A stretch of DNA of 64,000 nucleotides from Camelus ferus. Taxonomy: Eukaryota. Positions within the stretch are counted from its first letter, which is position 1. Every line of letters begins with the position of its first letter. Below, piece after piece: positions 12,021-26,105 of this stretch. Location of the stretch: NCBI RefSeq assembly GCF_009834535.1, contig NC_045696.1:32490001-32554000 (forward strand). Direction: 5' to 3'. Below the pieces are notes generated by a model. The model was not told the origin of the DNA and searched no databases. It worked only from the letters and a program-made list of their open reading frames with translations. The position numbers and the translations under genes were made by a program.

Positions 12021-13109
12021 AAAATGTCCTAGTTTTTCATAGATTACAAAAATACCAGTATTAGAAAAACACAGCTAACCTTTACTTCTTTACTTTAAAA
12101 TAACTTTATTAGCACACATAAGTAGGTAATTAAATTTAAAGGCACAAATTATATCATTTAATTTTTTGTTGTGTATTTTTGTAATATACAGTGATAAAAT
12201 ACATATCCTGAATAGAGAGGGTATCTCTTCTAAAAAAATTTCACACTCCTTTCAACTCTTTTAACATGTATTCCACATATTAATATTATTTTTGTGTCTG
12301 GTTTCCTTCAGTATATTAAAAGCACTTCCTAAATTAGCATGATTTTAGCAGTTACATCCTACCTTCATAATAAAGTTAGTATGAAAAATGATGTATGTGA
12401 CTCAAAATAATACAGAATATATTTATTTTTGTATTTACTTGCCTAAAAATCTCTTTAATATACAACTTTAAAAGTTTAAGAGGTGTATGAAAAATTCTCA
12501 TGAAATATACTAATCACAAATGATAGAGCAATTCTGGAATATGTGAAAGGAAATAGTCACAGTTTTTGCATAGATTGAGTATTCTGAAAATTTGGCATTA
12601 GTCTCTTGTCCATTGCACTACAATATTACAGGTAAAAGCAACCATAAAAATTAAAACTGAATATGACAGTATTTCATATGGTAAAAATTCTTATACATAG
12701 TAGATAATATTTAAATATTAAAAAGAACCAAGAAAAATTAATTAAATATAAATAAGCATCCATATTAAACTAAACTTGCCATCTCAATTTTTAAAAATAC
12801 AGGAGACACAATGAACACTTAGTAGTCAGAGTCCTACTAAGAAAGCAGAAGTCAAACTGAAAAAGTGTAACTGAGCAAATGAAAGAACTAATGGTCAATG
12901 GACTGAAAAAAATGTGAAAACATTACTACTCCTAGGTTTGAAGGGGCAAAAGAGCTTAAAGAAACCAGATATGGAATCAAAATGTCCACTGGTATCAAAA
13001 TGTGGGAGTTAAATTATCAACTACATCAAAATAAACGTTCACATTCAATTTAGACGTAAAAACTCGCCGAATAATATATACCCATTAATTCGACATACGC
13101 TGTGAACCA

Positions 13110-13265
13110 ATTTGAAATGCTTAAGCATTGAGTACATTAACCATCGTTCCTGTATTTAAGGAACTTACAGTTGAATGGGAGAGGATATTATTATTAAACA
13201 AATTTTAACACATATAAGCATATCATAAATTGTGATACGTGCTATGAAAAGCAATTGTGCAATGT
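13110..13265 (-). mobile_element. L2 3' fragment
   Basis: TTCCTGTATTTAAGGAACTTACAGTTGAATGGGAGAG...AAATTGTGATACGTGCTATGAA. Confidence 0.6.
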
Positions 13266-14166
13266 AGTTTATATCTTCAAGAGATGGTTTATTGACTCAA
13301 AGTTACCATAGCTTTTGATGGTTACATTGGTTGGTGTAAGTCATTTCAGACTGATCCACATTCACAACCAAAACAGCTTCACTATATAGATAAACTATGC
13401 TGTGGTCAACACAGCTGTAGTCTAAAGTAATATCTACATGGGTTAATGAAATTTTGATATGTACTTCCCTTAAAGTAGATTTCCCATGAGGATAATCTAC
13501 CTTATTAAGTGAGTTTAGCTAAAAGAAGAAAAAAGTTTAAAAATTAAAGCCACAATAAAACATAAATGCAGAAGATTTAAAATTCCCTTTGAATTCAAAA
13601 GTAAAGGGTATTTAGGAAAATATTGCTAAGTAACTCAGTACATGTCGCTAATTGCACTAATTATTTTGTCGCATTTATTACCTTCATCTTTCATAGCATG
13701 AGTAATTAAGTGACAAAAACAGGTTTTATATTGTGATCAAACAGTATTCTGTTACATCCACCCTACTGATGTCTTCAAAGAAAGTGCTGTCACAGTTTTA
13801 CCAGTAAAGAACTTGTAAGTTGATAAGTAGAAAAATGTCTCAGCTTAAAAAACGTAAGCCTAAGGCCTGGATGGACTTGATAGCATGGGTAAAGATACTC
13901 AAAGAAGGACTTCCGACAAAAACTAATTTAACTGCAGTTCTTCCTGTCTGTGGCATGTGGATGCTCTTTTTTAGCATGTCCATTGTAACTCATACTTAAT
14001 ATCACAGGATCCTGTGGATGCAACTGGAGGCATCACAAAAGGTCTTCTCAGCAGAAGGGGAGTTCTATTAATGATTGTGTTCACTGGCCAGCAGCCAACA
14101 GAAACACAACGCTCATAAGCCTCAAAAAAATTATATGACCGGCTGGGACACAGGAATAAAATAGTA

Positions 14167-14168
<2 letters not shown>

Positions 14169-14225
<57 letters not shown>
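14169..14225 (+). repeat. Perfect (TG)28 microsatellite
   Basis: Uninterrupted TG run read directly. Confidence 0.98.
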
Positions 14226-14227
<2 letters not shown>

Positions 14228-16029
14228 AAAAGATACTGGTCAATCTCAATCTCTAGGAGTACTCTGCCTTATGATAGCAAAGATGAGATAAAATACCCAA
14301 ACAAACCCAAGCAAGACCAGTATCATCTAAAAATATGTGACATGAAAAATAATGACTGCCACAGACAAAAATAATAAAATGACGTTAAATGACCTTCTTT
14401 CCATGCTCAGAGGTGCAGAACTTCAGGTCTTTACCTAACTAATTTTGACCCATAGGGAGATCAGAAGCTGCTTTCAAAGGAGTGTTTTGTGTCTGCCTGT
14501 CAGTGCATCCAAAACACACTTCAGTTGATATTGGCTAACTTTCTGATTTTAAGCATTTTTTATAACAAAAAGGCAGTATTGTTTGGTATCAGCAGACACC
14601 ATTTTGAACCATCTGGTATCCAGACAGCCTGAGGCCTGGTTGAGAAAATTGATACCTGAGACTGATAGTCTATTTGGCAGCCATTCCTAGACATTGTCTA
14701 AGCTCTGACCCCATACCTACTTCAGTCACTACAAAGTTAGATTTCTAGATCACACAATACTACATAGACAGTATTATGTAACACTTGGCTATTAGGTTTC
14801 ATATGTGAGTAGAGATGGCCATATAAAAATATTCATGAGACTGTTATATATCTAAGACATTGCACAAAGTATCATTCAGCTCTCCTTATCCGAATATCCA
14901 CACAACAACATTATTTTGGAGTTTTAATGCTAAGAAAACACTAGTGTCTCCCAATGAATGATGTGCTAACTTTTAGTTATACGATACACATTTCTTGTCA
15001 TGTTTCCCTTTTCCTTGGACTTCCAGGATGCATAGATATAATTTTGTGCTCAAACTTGTTATAGGTTTCCTTTCTGCTTGTATTTTAATATCTCTATAGT
15101 TTAGATGACTATTAGGAACAGCTGAAAATCCTTTTTGAAAGTTGCCAGGCTATATATAATAATTCAAGGAGGCTAGATCACTTAGTAAAAACTATGTTTT
15201 CCTTACAACATCACGTTGGTTTTAGATCTTCCTTTTTTTACTAAGCAGGACTTAAGCTGTCAGGTTGTTTAATGACAAGAATAGATGATTGCCCTTTAAA
15301 AAACAGCTGATACTGTAGTGTAGAGGCAAATTAGAGCAATATTTCTATAAACTTTTGAACAATTTTTATTTCAAGACACACCAGTTAAGATGTACTGTTG
15401 AAAGTCAGCCTTTTTGGGGGGGGGGTGCGTGATTTTTAATCATCCTCAAATCTATTATCAGATTCTTTAATAGGAAAAAAAAGATCTATTATAAATCTCA
15501 TATTTTAAAATTTAGTGTTTGCATGAAAGGATTAAAGTGTTAGTAGTATGTCTTACTTTGTATTTCCCATTTTCTCTAGTTTAATATTAGGTCTCAGCCT
15601 ACATAAAAATAAGCATCAAATAACATGATTTTTACTGACAATTTACAGTATATGTGAACATATCAACTATTATCTCATTTCTTAAAGACCCAAGTAAGAT
15701 AATTGAGGACTTAGTTATAAATATTACAAATTGAAGTCTAATGCAAATTTAGCATTATTTTTATTAATGGACACTATTATATTACAGATTATGATAAAAA
15801 AGGATGTCTTCTTAATTTATTTTTATTTTATAGTAACTGTTTAAAATTTTCCATTTAGGCTAGATATTTTGAATTGACTTTGGATATATTTTGAGAGTGT
15901 GTCCCGAGGTGACAGAATTCTTTTCAGCATTCAGTGATTCACAAAATACAATTCTCAAGTTCTTTTCCACTTTAATATCCCCTGTCTCTCTTTATGTTTT
16001 TGGTATTTAAGGAAAAGTGGGCTACTATT

Positions 16030-16370
16030 TTACTCAGGAACACATTATCATCTCTTCCATCAAAAACTCTTTCTTTCACATTTCTCTATCTGAAATTCAA
16101 TCCCCCCTTCAAGGTCAATCTCAACTGTCTCTTCATGTATGATCCTCCTTACATGACACAAACCCTTGTTTTTTGAACGTCTAAAATACTTTTTTACTTC
16201 TCTTGTGACATTTATTTTCTGCATTGTATCTTGCGGCCATGCCCCTTTTATCCTGTCTCTCTTACTAAATAATGTTCTTCTTTGACAGAAACTGGATCTT
16301 ATCTATTCATTGTTCCCTGGAAATGCCTAGCTTCATGCTGTGCACATATCAGGGACTTCCCAAATATATA
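16030..16370 (+). mobile_element. L2 3' region
   Basis: CCTTCAAGGTCAATCTCAA...TGACAGAAACTGGATCTTATCTATTCATTG...ATGCCTAGC. A second, antisense L2 tip (CATTCATTCAACAAATATATATTGA) lies at about 16500-16570. Confidence 0.65.
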
Positions 16371-17159
16371 CAGTTATTATTTTATGTCATACCACTCCTT
16401 TACTTGTGGGAAGGACATCTTTATATAATGGAAAGTCCTGCTTACAAAAACAACAATAAGCCTGGGCTCAGTCTGCAACCCAGCGGTCTGAAAGTTTTAT
16501 CCATTCATTCAACAAATATATATTGATCCCCTGTGGTTATTGGTATACTACCTGAGTTGGGAAGTAGAGAATTAGAAAACGTTGTATTGACTTGCATTTT
16601 GCCATTCTTTTCCAGAACGTCTGTAAAAGATCAATTTGATTTCTCTTCTCATTGCCTTTTTGCTTCCATTCTAAGACTAGAGGAGTGATTTTGAAAGTGT
16701 GTTTCTCATAGTCATTTAGGTGCTGTTGAAAAAAGATAGGGAGCCAAGTGGGGAGTGAGCTCTGTGACTCCACCCTCTTCCTCTTTAATCAGGACAATAC
16801 TAACATTCTTTCTTGCTTTATTATTAGAATTCTTGGGGTGGGGGGATAAAGAAATTTTAATCGATGGAATAAAACAAAAAAATACTTTGAAAGTCATGGT
16901 GGAAAGAAACACGGTACTAAAAAAAGGCAATCTCAGAAAGGTGAATTACATTGCATTGTTATATTATGTTGCTTTTGTGCTGAATCACTGTCAGTGTTCA
17001 AAGTGGAACTTGTTTTTGCGATGTGCCACACAATTTAAAGGGAATTGTATCATTTAACTTAATAGAAAATGGGACATGATTATAGAAGATATAGTGTTCC
17101 TGAAGACCAAATACTTTAGAAGAGACACAGGATTGAATTTCTTTTAAAAGGTAAACCAG

Positions 17160-17570
17160 TGCTCAGTTAGTTGTTTTCTGGTACAAGAACACTCAAGTAA
17201 AACGGCTTAGATAATCATGGTCCGGGTTGGTTCAGTGGCCCATCTTCCCTGAGATTCTCTGCATCTTCTTTTTGGAGCAAGATAGCTGCAGCAGCTCCAA
17301 GCATCTTGTCCTCTCATGATTTTGTCCCAAACAAGAAAGAGAAAAAAAAAAAAAATCTTCCTCACATCTCACTCTCCTCTTGACCTGGAGCAAAATTTTC
17401 CCAGAAGCTATCAGCATACCTTCCTTAGGTGTGGGTTGATGGCCACGCTCTACTAACAAGAGAGGCTAGAAAGTGTAGTGTGTAAGCTTTTCAGTTTCTT
17501 TCAAGGGTAGTGGATCCTGCTAGCAATAAGAAGGCAGCGAAATGTCTGCTTTGTACCAAACAGCAATGGA
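17160..17570 (-). mobile_element. MaLR LTR (old MLT1, J/K-like)
   Basis: CAAGATAGCTGCAGCAGCTCCAAGCATC, TTTCCCAGAAGC, GGCCACGCTCTACTAACAAGAGAGGCTAGAAAGTGTAG. Confidence 0.7.
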
Positions 17571-19224
17571 AAAATGGTGCTGAGGAGGAATGCTTAAAAA
17601 GAAAGAAAAAAAAAAGGGCCAAATTTTTATCTATATTTAATTAGTGTGACCCTAACCAGATGCTGAAATAAACTATATTTAAAGCATTTGTTTTGAATAA
17701 ACAGCATCATTTTAATTTATGATTTTTCTTCTCTTACAGTATTAACATTACAAACGGTTAATTGTGTATCATTTGTTTTATTGCTGATTCATTTTCAGTT
17801 TATTCATATTTGATTGTCATTTACTACTTTGCCTTTTGAAGAAAGATTAAAAGCAAGTCTGTTTGAACTCTGCATGCATTTTTGATTGTTGGTGCCATTT
17901 ATGTATAGTGTGAATTAAGATGTGCTTGTGTTTTTCCCTTCTTTGATGCTTGTTTTTCTGTCCACCAAACACGGGTCTTTGTTACTACATTGTTTCATCT
18001 CATTATTCTATTTTATATCTGCCAGAGAAAAAAGATTAACATATTTTTAAAAGACTTGCTTAACCAAAAGATAAATCATTTTTTGACTTTATGTGAGAGA
18101 ACATTAGATACTGTGGAAAATATTTTCATCTCTTCTACCTCAACTTTATTCCACTGTATAATGACACCTTAAACTACAGAAAACCAGTTTGCAGAATTAG
18201 TATTCAAGAACTTAGCATTTATAGTTTTCCCATTTAACATTCATACTAAACTTTACATATAGTTCACAGTTTTCCAACTCAGTAGTGAACACTTCTTAAA
18301 ATTGTGAAACATTAGAGGTTCAGAAAGATTGCATTATCCATTTAATTTGTTACCAAAAAGCAAAGATCACTCTGAAGATAGAGCCCAACTTTATAAAATA
18401 TGCCAATTTTCAGCTTACATAAATTAATAATTGATTTTGCACTCAGACACACTTACTGATCTATAATTAAAAGACCTCCAAAAGCTATTTTTAAGCTGTC
18501 TTGCATTCTAAAATGTAACTGAAGTTTTAGAATGCAGGAAAATCTGAAGTTTTGAAGGAGGTTTGAAAGAATGGAGGCATACTCTCCAATCCATGTTTTC
18601 AGGAAGATGCCTTTAAATTTTTATAGTGAAATTTTGTATTTTGTTTTATCAGTAGGATCTTTTTCATGTATCAGGCATCTTGGTAACAGTACATAGGCAG
18701 GTGGGTAAAATTCAATATCAATTCTAACTACTGCATTTTGAGTTGCTGTCAATGTAGTATTAATATATAAATTAATATATAAGTTAATACATAAGTGTAT
18801 GTACATATATATAGGACATCACCCCGATACTATCCCCATTCCTTTGAAAGGTAGGTGAGGCAAAATGCCTGCTATTAAATTGCTTTAATATTTTTGGTGT
18901 ACTTTATTTACATTTGTGTTATGTGTTATGTTAAGAAAAATGTGACCATCCCATTAAAAAATTTTCCTCATAAAATAGGAGAGTTGCTAGGGGAGGGAGG
19001 TGAGCTCAGATTTATGGGAAGTAAGAACAAAGCTGTGAGGTAGTTTCTGGAGAGGCAGAACACTGAAGAGGAAAATACTCAAACCAAAAAGGGAATTTTT
19101 CCTTGTCGCAGGGAATATGAGCTCTGTCCTCCAAGACAGAAAAAGAAAGGTCTGGGAATGGAAAGGAGAAAGATTGTATTATTTTTGCCTGTCATTTCAC
19201 TTTCAGTTGATTTTGTTTCATTTT

Positions 19225-19313
19225 ATTTATTAATTAATAAACTTTATTTTTTATAAAGCAGTTTTAGGTTCACAGCAAAAATGAAGAGAAAGTACAGAGA
19301 GCTCTCATATACA
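19225..19313 (-). mobile_element. Old L1M (L1MA/MB-type) 3' tip
   Basis: AGCAGTTTTAGGTTCACAGCAAAAATGAAGAGAAAGTACAGAGAGCTCTCATATAC with T-rich tail. Candidate TSD TTCATTTT at 19217-19224 and 19314-19321. Confidence 0.8.
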
Positions 19314-21039
19314 TTCATTTTCAGCTTTTATCAAAGAAGTATTTGCTCTTGTTTTGGCATGAGAGGTCCACACTTTAAAGAAGACTTTAAGCACAGCAGT
19401 TTAACACATAAAAAGGCTTGCTCTCTCACCCAGTCAACCCAGCAACCTGTAATATTACACTTTGTCGGATAATCTCTGCAAGATTTCAGACACAAATCAG
19501 CAAGTTTAGCAAAGACAAGCAGAGATCATATTAAATAAAAAGGCAGTGAAGAGGACCTTAAAATAATTTGAAGTCGTTTTCCTTTACACTTTCTTTCCGA
19601 CAACTTTATAACATACACTTTTATGATATGTTTACTGAATTTTTTATTGATATTTTAGTTTATTTAGAGTAAAAGTTTAGCTACCATGAGTCTATGGCTC
19701 TGAGTACTCGGTCATGTTATGACTCAGGAGACAAGAATGATAACTTTCTCTTCCCCAAATGTTTCTTACACCTGTTCTTTTATTTCTGTCTGTAATCTCC
19801 ACACCAACCCATGTCAAGTTCTTGGTGCCTTTGGGCTGGGTTTTACAATAATCTTTCATTTTTCAATCCTGACCTATTTTAATCGATTCTATTTAATACC
19901 ATCCATGAATATTCCCAAATTGCAAATATGACACAGTCAATTCTTTACTTTGAAAGAAAGAAAGAAAGAATAAAGCTTCCATTGCCTTTTTCCTGTCCTC
20001 TATGGCTATCTAATCAATACTAAATTTTATGTCCTAAAACATTAGACTTAGATAAAGTTCATTTAAGAACTATATAGCAAATTTGAACATATTGGAATAG
20101 AAGAGAGTAATGACTTTTCAGGGGCCTGGATTTTCCACTGTTTCTGTGGAAATGAGCAGGAGAAAGGTGCTCTGATTCCACAGTACCTTGGCCCAGTTAT
20201 TTAGATAGAAACATCAGCAGAACAGGCGGGAAGGGCAATTAATCAGGTTACTACTGTCTGATAAAATGATCCCTTAACACCACTCAATTCCCTTTGTTCT
20301 AATTCTGTGCTCTCAAGAGAAACATCTAATCTATAATTTCTGCCCCCTAGAGAACCTACTACCCAGGAGGGTATGCCCTTGCAGATGACTTGTCCCACTT
20401 GTCAAGCCCCAGAATATCCCTCCAATATAATTTGAAGCTTTGCTTCTAGCTTTTGAATTAGTCTCATGTGAATTTATCTCTAGCGACTTACTCCCCTTAG
20501 ACCAGAACACCTGTAGCAATCTATGGATGACAAATCCATATTTCTAAACCCACACCAAGACATGGCAATTCCATTAAACTATATTTCTTGAGGCACATCC
20601 TGAAAATGTAGCCTAAGTCGCCCACAGATGTTATTAAAAAAATCAGATTGGTTTGACACACATCTTTTAAGCTTCTGCTTGATTAGTGTGATGAAGGTTT
20701 TTATTGGAATCTGTGTTAGGCATTATTTCATGGTGACTTTAGCAAAATAACTCATTCTGCTGCAAAAATTATTCTGGGTTAGTTTTGTCTTAAATCATTC
20801 CAACATCTAGACACTAAAGATACAAAACACTATGTTAGCCTTAGACTAGAATGGGATTTGCAATTCTAGAAAAATAAGTTTCAAAAGCATAAACACTGAA
20901 CTCTAGTGTCTTTGATATGCATTGCACACTCCCATTAAGCAGATTTATACCATGTAAATTTTTGCATTGTGAAAGTAATATGACCACATTGCTGAAAAAT
21001 CATCTCAGTATTAACCTGGTAGATATAGTTCAACAGGTA

Positions 21040-21230
21040 TTTGTGTTTAAAGTACTTGGTTGGAGTTTCACTTTTGGCATAGGGCAATCATTTTGCCATG
21101 CCATGCCTCAATTTCCTCATCTGTACAAGGAAAATATGGTACCCACATCACAGGGCTATTCGAAAGATTAAAATATTTAACACATACAGAGTGCTTAGAA
21201 CATTACATATAGCAAATTTAGTTCTTGTGA
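21040..21230 (+). mobile_element. MIR SINE
   Basis: TGCCTCAATTTCCTCATCTGTACAAGG...GTACCCACATCACAGGGCTATT...AGTGCTTAGAACA. Confidence 0.85.
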
Positions 21231-24200
21231 TTATGTATTCTCAGATATTGGCTTATTGAAGCAGATTAGGTAGTCAGAGACCTTTTGCTTCACTTTTTGT
21301 GACTGACTTTACTGAGACCTCCAGAGTTGTGCCCATTTCATGAGTCTTGTGAATGTGAAACAAGTTCCAGGGGTTGCGGCATTCTAAAATATTTCCCCAT
21401 TGTTCTAACAGATTTTGGATGGCAGATGGTCACAAAGTGTCTCTTCTCATAAGCTTTCATTATGAGGTGAGAGAGTCTATAACTTTATTGGCTTGGATTT
21501 GGTTGGTCTGAACAAATCTGTCCCTCTCAAGGAATCATTTTCAATATTTCAAAGACCCACGGTCAAGAATTCTTTATTGACTCAGAGTCTTCTGAGGGTC
21601 TAAAATAAACTTGGAGATCCATTGCTCTTCAGGTCCCAGTGGATTCACATGGTCATAGTGTCCTATTTTCTGTTTAAGAGGAAGGGATGCTATTCACAAA
21701 TTTTCAAAATGTATATCAACAAATATCTACCTATGAGTGAGATAAAAATATCTGCTCTACATTTCAACCTCCACTCCTGACCCCTCAATAGAAAGACATG
21801 CTATGTGGCTTAGGTAGGTAAATAATTTGCTTTAAAATGATTCAGGAAATTATTTTACAGGATATGTCCTAAGCAGTTTTAACAAACCAAAAGTTCAACG
21901 TTAGTTTTATTATTTTTAGTTCTCTTTTAGTTCTTTTAAAACCTCTATACTCCTATACTCTTTGTTTGTATTCCTGCCAAAGGAAAGAGAAGATTCACCA
22001 ATTGTAATAAATTTCATGTCTACTTCTTACCTCAAATTTTTAAGTACATTATTTCAATAGGCTTAATGTTATTGAGGTATAATATCTGATTCAAATGGAA
22101 ATTTTACTTGAACTTTGGCACACCATACATTGTATTTCTCTACTTTGGTGATCAATATGTAATTCTCCAAGATGGAGTATGAGCAGTGAAGTGTAAGAAT
22201 AATGAGCATATTCTGGATATGAAGCTCTGAAAAGAATTTTGGTGAGTGATGAAAGCCTAGTTATTAAAGCTTTTTCAGTATTTATGAATGACTATGACAT
22301 CCTAAAAATCTATCTCTTTCCACATGTGTATAAAATTTAGACAGATTTGAAATGTGATTTTATTTCCTTTTTTAAACTGATTTTTTTCTTTGCTATTCTG
22401 ACAAAAAAAAAAATGATCACTTCAGATCAAGCTCCTAGAACTTTCTTTTTTCCTCCTCCATCTTGAACTTTTTGCTTGGAGACATTTAATGAAAAGGACA
22501 AAATGAAAAAAAAAAAATCCCATCTGTATGTCTCTTTGGAAATTCAGGTTTCTTGAAGATCAGGGACAGAACTCAATAGATCCTTTAACGTTTAAACTTT
22601 CTGAATATGACATGATTTGTAATGTAGAAGTAAAGACACATCAAAGTTGGCAATTCAAAAATGTGACCTATCTATTGTATTTAACTATCAGGTGAGTTCA
22701 TGAGTTTCTTCCTGCTGTGTCTCTTTCCTGTCCCATTTTAGGCAGATGGAAGAATAATAGCAATGATTTTTTTCTCTGTGTTTTTTAACAGCATAGTTTA
22801 TATGAGGATACTATTAGTTTTCTCATTTAAAAAACGAAGTACAGTATCTAGATAATGCAAGTTTACAGCTCTGTACCTAAAAGAACTATAGTTACATCCA
22901 ATGTTCTAATATAGAAAATAATTCTTAATCCTAAAATAGACAACTCTAGTTTGGTTGATTAAATATCTTACAGCAATATTCTCTGCTTCTTTGATTACCT
23001 AGGCTCCAACACCAATAATATGCTTAACAAAGCATATTAGGCATAGCCATATGAGAGATTGCTTAAATAATGTTTTAAAGAGCTAGAGATATCTGGTTTC
23101 AAATATAATAATCGTATGTAGTTGCTACCACCATTCAGCACCTGGGCATGCACTGAAATTGAGACATAAATGTTTATGATTGAAATTATAACTCATGAGT
23201 TATGAAAAATGTCAAATAACATCATATATATGTATATGACATGATTTATATATATATAACTATATATGTGTGTGTATATATATATAAAACTAAACAACTT
23301 TTAGTTCATAATACCTCTCTACCAACTCCAACTTTGTGTTTATTGGGTCCAAAATCATGTCATTATTTTTTATGAGTTACATATACCTAGATAAAGAGAG
23401 AAATCATTGGAGACTTTGTGTTTTATAGAGTTGGAAAGAAAGGTAAGAATATTTTTAAACTTAAATCTTAGCTTTGTCCTAATACATACCCTTGAAGATT
23501 ATAGGCATATGTGGCTTTTCTTTGTTATCTTATACCCTTTCCCTTCAGTGAGAAAACCAGTCGAATGCTTCCTATTGGTAGTCATAATTAAAGCTCCATA
23601 TATTAATAATATAAGGAAAAGTTTAAGAGATCAAATGAACACAGTAATTCAGTATAACTTACACAGACTATGTGTTTGTTCACTTCTTGTAGGTTATCCA
23701 ACTGCATAAAGATTACCTAAAGACCATTACAGAAGGGACAGAAAATGGAATCTTTTCTGAAAGCAGAGAATTGCTAACATATGAAGTACTTGTGTTTATT
23801 TGTTAAAGCAAGTGACACCCCATTCTCTAAAGGAGAATATATTTGATCTTCCATTCAGCAATCTTATATCCTTGTAGATAAATCTTCTTTCTGTATGAAT
23901 AGATATAATTCTAAACACCGTGCGCTTGTCAGATTCATGAAGTGACTTGGAGAAGGCCTTATTTTCAAAATTATCTTGTCAATTTCATTGTGACAGTAAC
24001 AGAGGCAGGTAGCAGCAGTTTTCTTCTGATTATGTTAAAATCTCATCTATTATTTAGTTTAAAGCTGACAGCATATATTAAGGCTTAATGAAGGCTTTCA
24101 GTAATTTCAGACTAAATTTATCTTCCCCAATTTTATACGTTTTTGTCATTTGGGGGTTATAATTTGATCAAAGGTTAATTTCAGGAGGAGTTTTTCCAAA

Positions 24201-25619
24201 TTACTTTAACATTAAATAAGTAGAGCATGAATTTTGCGGGAATATATCCATGTGAAACTATTTTTAGTAGAAATGGAATTATAAGACAGACATTGAAAAA
24301 AAGCTTTGACTTTTTTCTAGTTGAAAAATGAAGTAGTTACCATTTTTGCTAGTCTCATCTAGCAGTCATCACATCTAGCTTGTCCTCTCTGCACCAGGGC
24401 CAGTCATTCTAATTCATAGAATATGAATAATCTTAATCTCAATAGAAAACACTAGACTTCAATGGTCTGTGGAGTAGTATCAGATTAATTTCATAAAGAT
24501 AAGAAGACAAATATTTAGATGAAAAAGTTTAAAGGCTAAACATTTTGCTAATAAAAGTAATATTGAACTTAGTTCTTTCCTTTAATTATTTAACAAAAAA
24601 AAATGTATTACTTTTCTGTAGTTTCCCTTTTCTGACAGTTTTCTCCCATTGGATGGTATCAGCTGATAGAAAATGTTTTCAGCCAGTCTGGGAAAATGTG
24701 AATTCTTAGAACTCCAAAGAAAGAGAAATTGCTTTTACTTTCCTCTCACATTCTGTCTTGGAACTAACTTAACATTTTGATCCAGCAGAGAATTGGTCTC
24801 CTGTAGCCAATACTGTGAATAACTGCCAGCTTCAATGCTTTTTTAGAATTCTCTAAATGTTATGTGGAAAACAGTGTCACAGTACATATGTTGGGGTTAA
24901 AAACCCTCCTAGCCAGATACACAACCTAAATTTTTGTAATTGCCCTATGTTGCTAATAAGATATATAGTCTCCTTTTTAATGTAAAAGTGCGGTAAACCA
25001 GAATTCATAGGTTAAAAACAAACCTGAATTCTAGTAAAAAAAAATGGTGAAGAATCTGGGTGCTTATAAATTTTTTTTGAGTGACACAGTTTGCCATTTG
25101 GTATATGATTGCTAAAAACTAAATTAAGATAGCAATCTTAGAATTTATAATTTGGTATGCTCTATTTATTAAAATTTTTATATCAATTATCACTTAACAG
25201 TTCAGCAATGCTACTTTTATTGATTCTAAGAAATGTATTGTGTTTTATGATATTGAATACCTCAAATATTAAAAATTTAAAGATGGTAATTATCATTGAT
25301 AACTTGTTACCATGCTACAACTGTAAATTGGACATTTACTTCAGATTTTTCTGACCAGAAAACATGACCCAAGTCCTTGAGAAGTGGTAGCTATATCAGG
25401 AAAGCTGAGCAAGCATAGCAAAACTATACAACATAAAACTTATGGGCTGCTTTTTAAAAATATTCTCTTCACTGCTTTTAAATACTGTTTTAGTATTTTA
25501 AAGAAACTACTAACTGTGAGATAAAAGAATGTTTTCTCCGATGTGTGATGTTGTAAAACATGAAAAACATAATAGGACTGGTCAAATATATCGACACACA
25601 TTCTTTCATCTTAACCACA

Positions 25620-26105
25620 GTTTTTGTGTTTCCCTGAAAGCTGACCCTCATATAGAGACTTGTGTGCAAGTAGTTGATTTGACTAGTGATACTAGGAAGC
25701 ACTGGTCATAGAATAAAGAAGTGATTCTGTTACGGGAGTGAATTAAAGTGGAGGGGTGCTCATGAACAGGTTACCACTGTGGGCATCTGGAGCTCAAGGT
25801 TGTTGGCAACACCTGGGGGAATGCATAGACTCTGGCTCAGAGTTGTCCTACCTAAGATGAAGGAAGCTGAAGGTTACTGGATGTTTCGCCACCTCCCCAC
25901 CTGTCATTGGTTGAAGACTCTTCCTGGGGAGGGACATTAATTCCCTACCATTCTTGCCTGCACCACTGCACAGTTCAGGCCTGTGCAAGTCAGAAAAAGC
26001 TTTCACGCTTAATTTTTCAAGAGTTTGTAGCTTGAATGCAAAGTGTAAGGGGTCATTGAGTGCCATGGATATATAAGCAGGGTATCCACAGCTTCTGTTA
26101 AACAT
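25620..26105 (-). mobile_element. LTR16-family ERVL solo LTR
   Basis: GTGCAAGTAGTTGATTTG...AGGAAGCACTGG, CAGGTTACCACTGTGGGCATCTGGAGCTCAA, CTCAGAGTTGTCCTACC, GTCATTGGTTGA. Confidence 0.8.

Noticed and set aside
12573..12631. Exon-like segment TAG|ATTGAG...ACAG|GTAAAA (IEYSENLALVSCPLHYNIT)
   Set aside because: Weak donor, unrecognised peptide and no partner exons.
14174..14374. ORF beginning with a CV repeat
   Set aside because: Translation of the (TG)n microsatellite.
14478..14521. Imperfect hairpin GTGTTTTG...CAAAACAC, possible miRNA
   Set aside because: Only about 44 nt with bulges, too short for a pre-miRNA, and no known mature sequence recognised.
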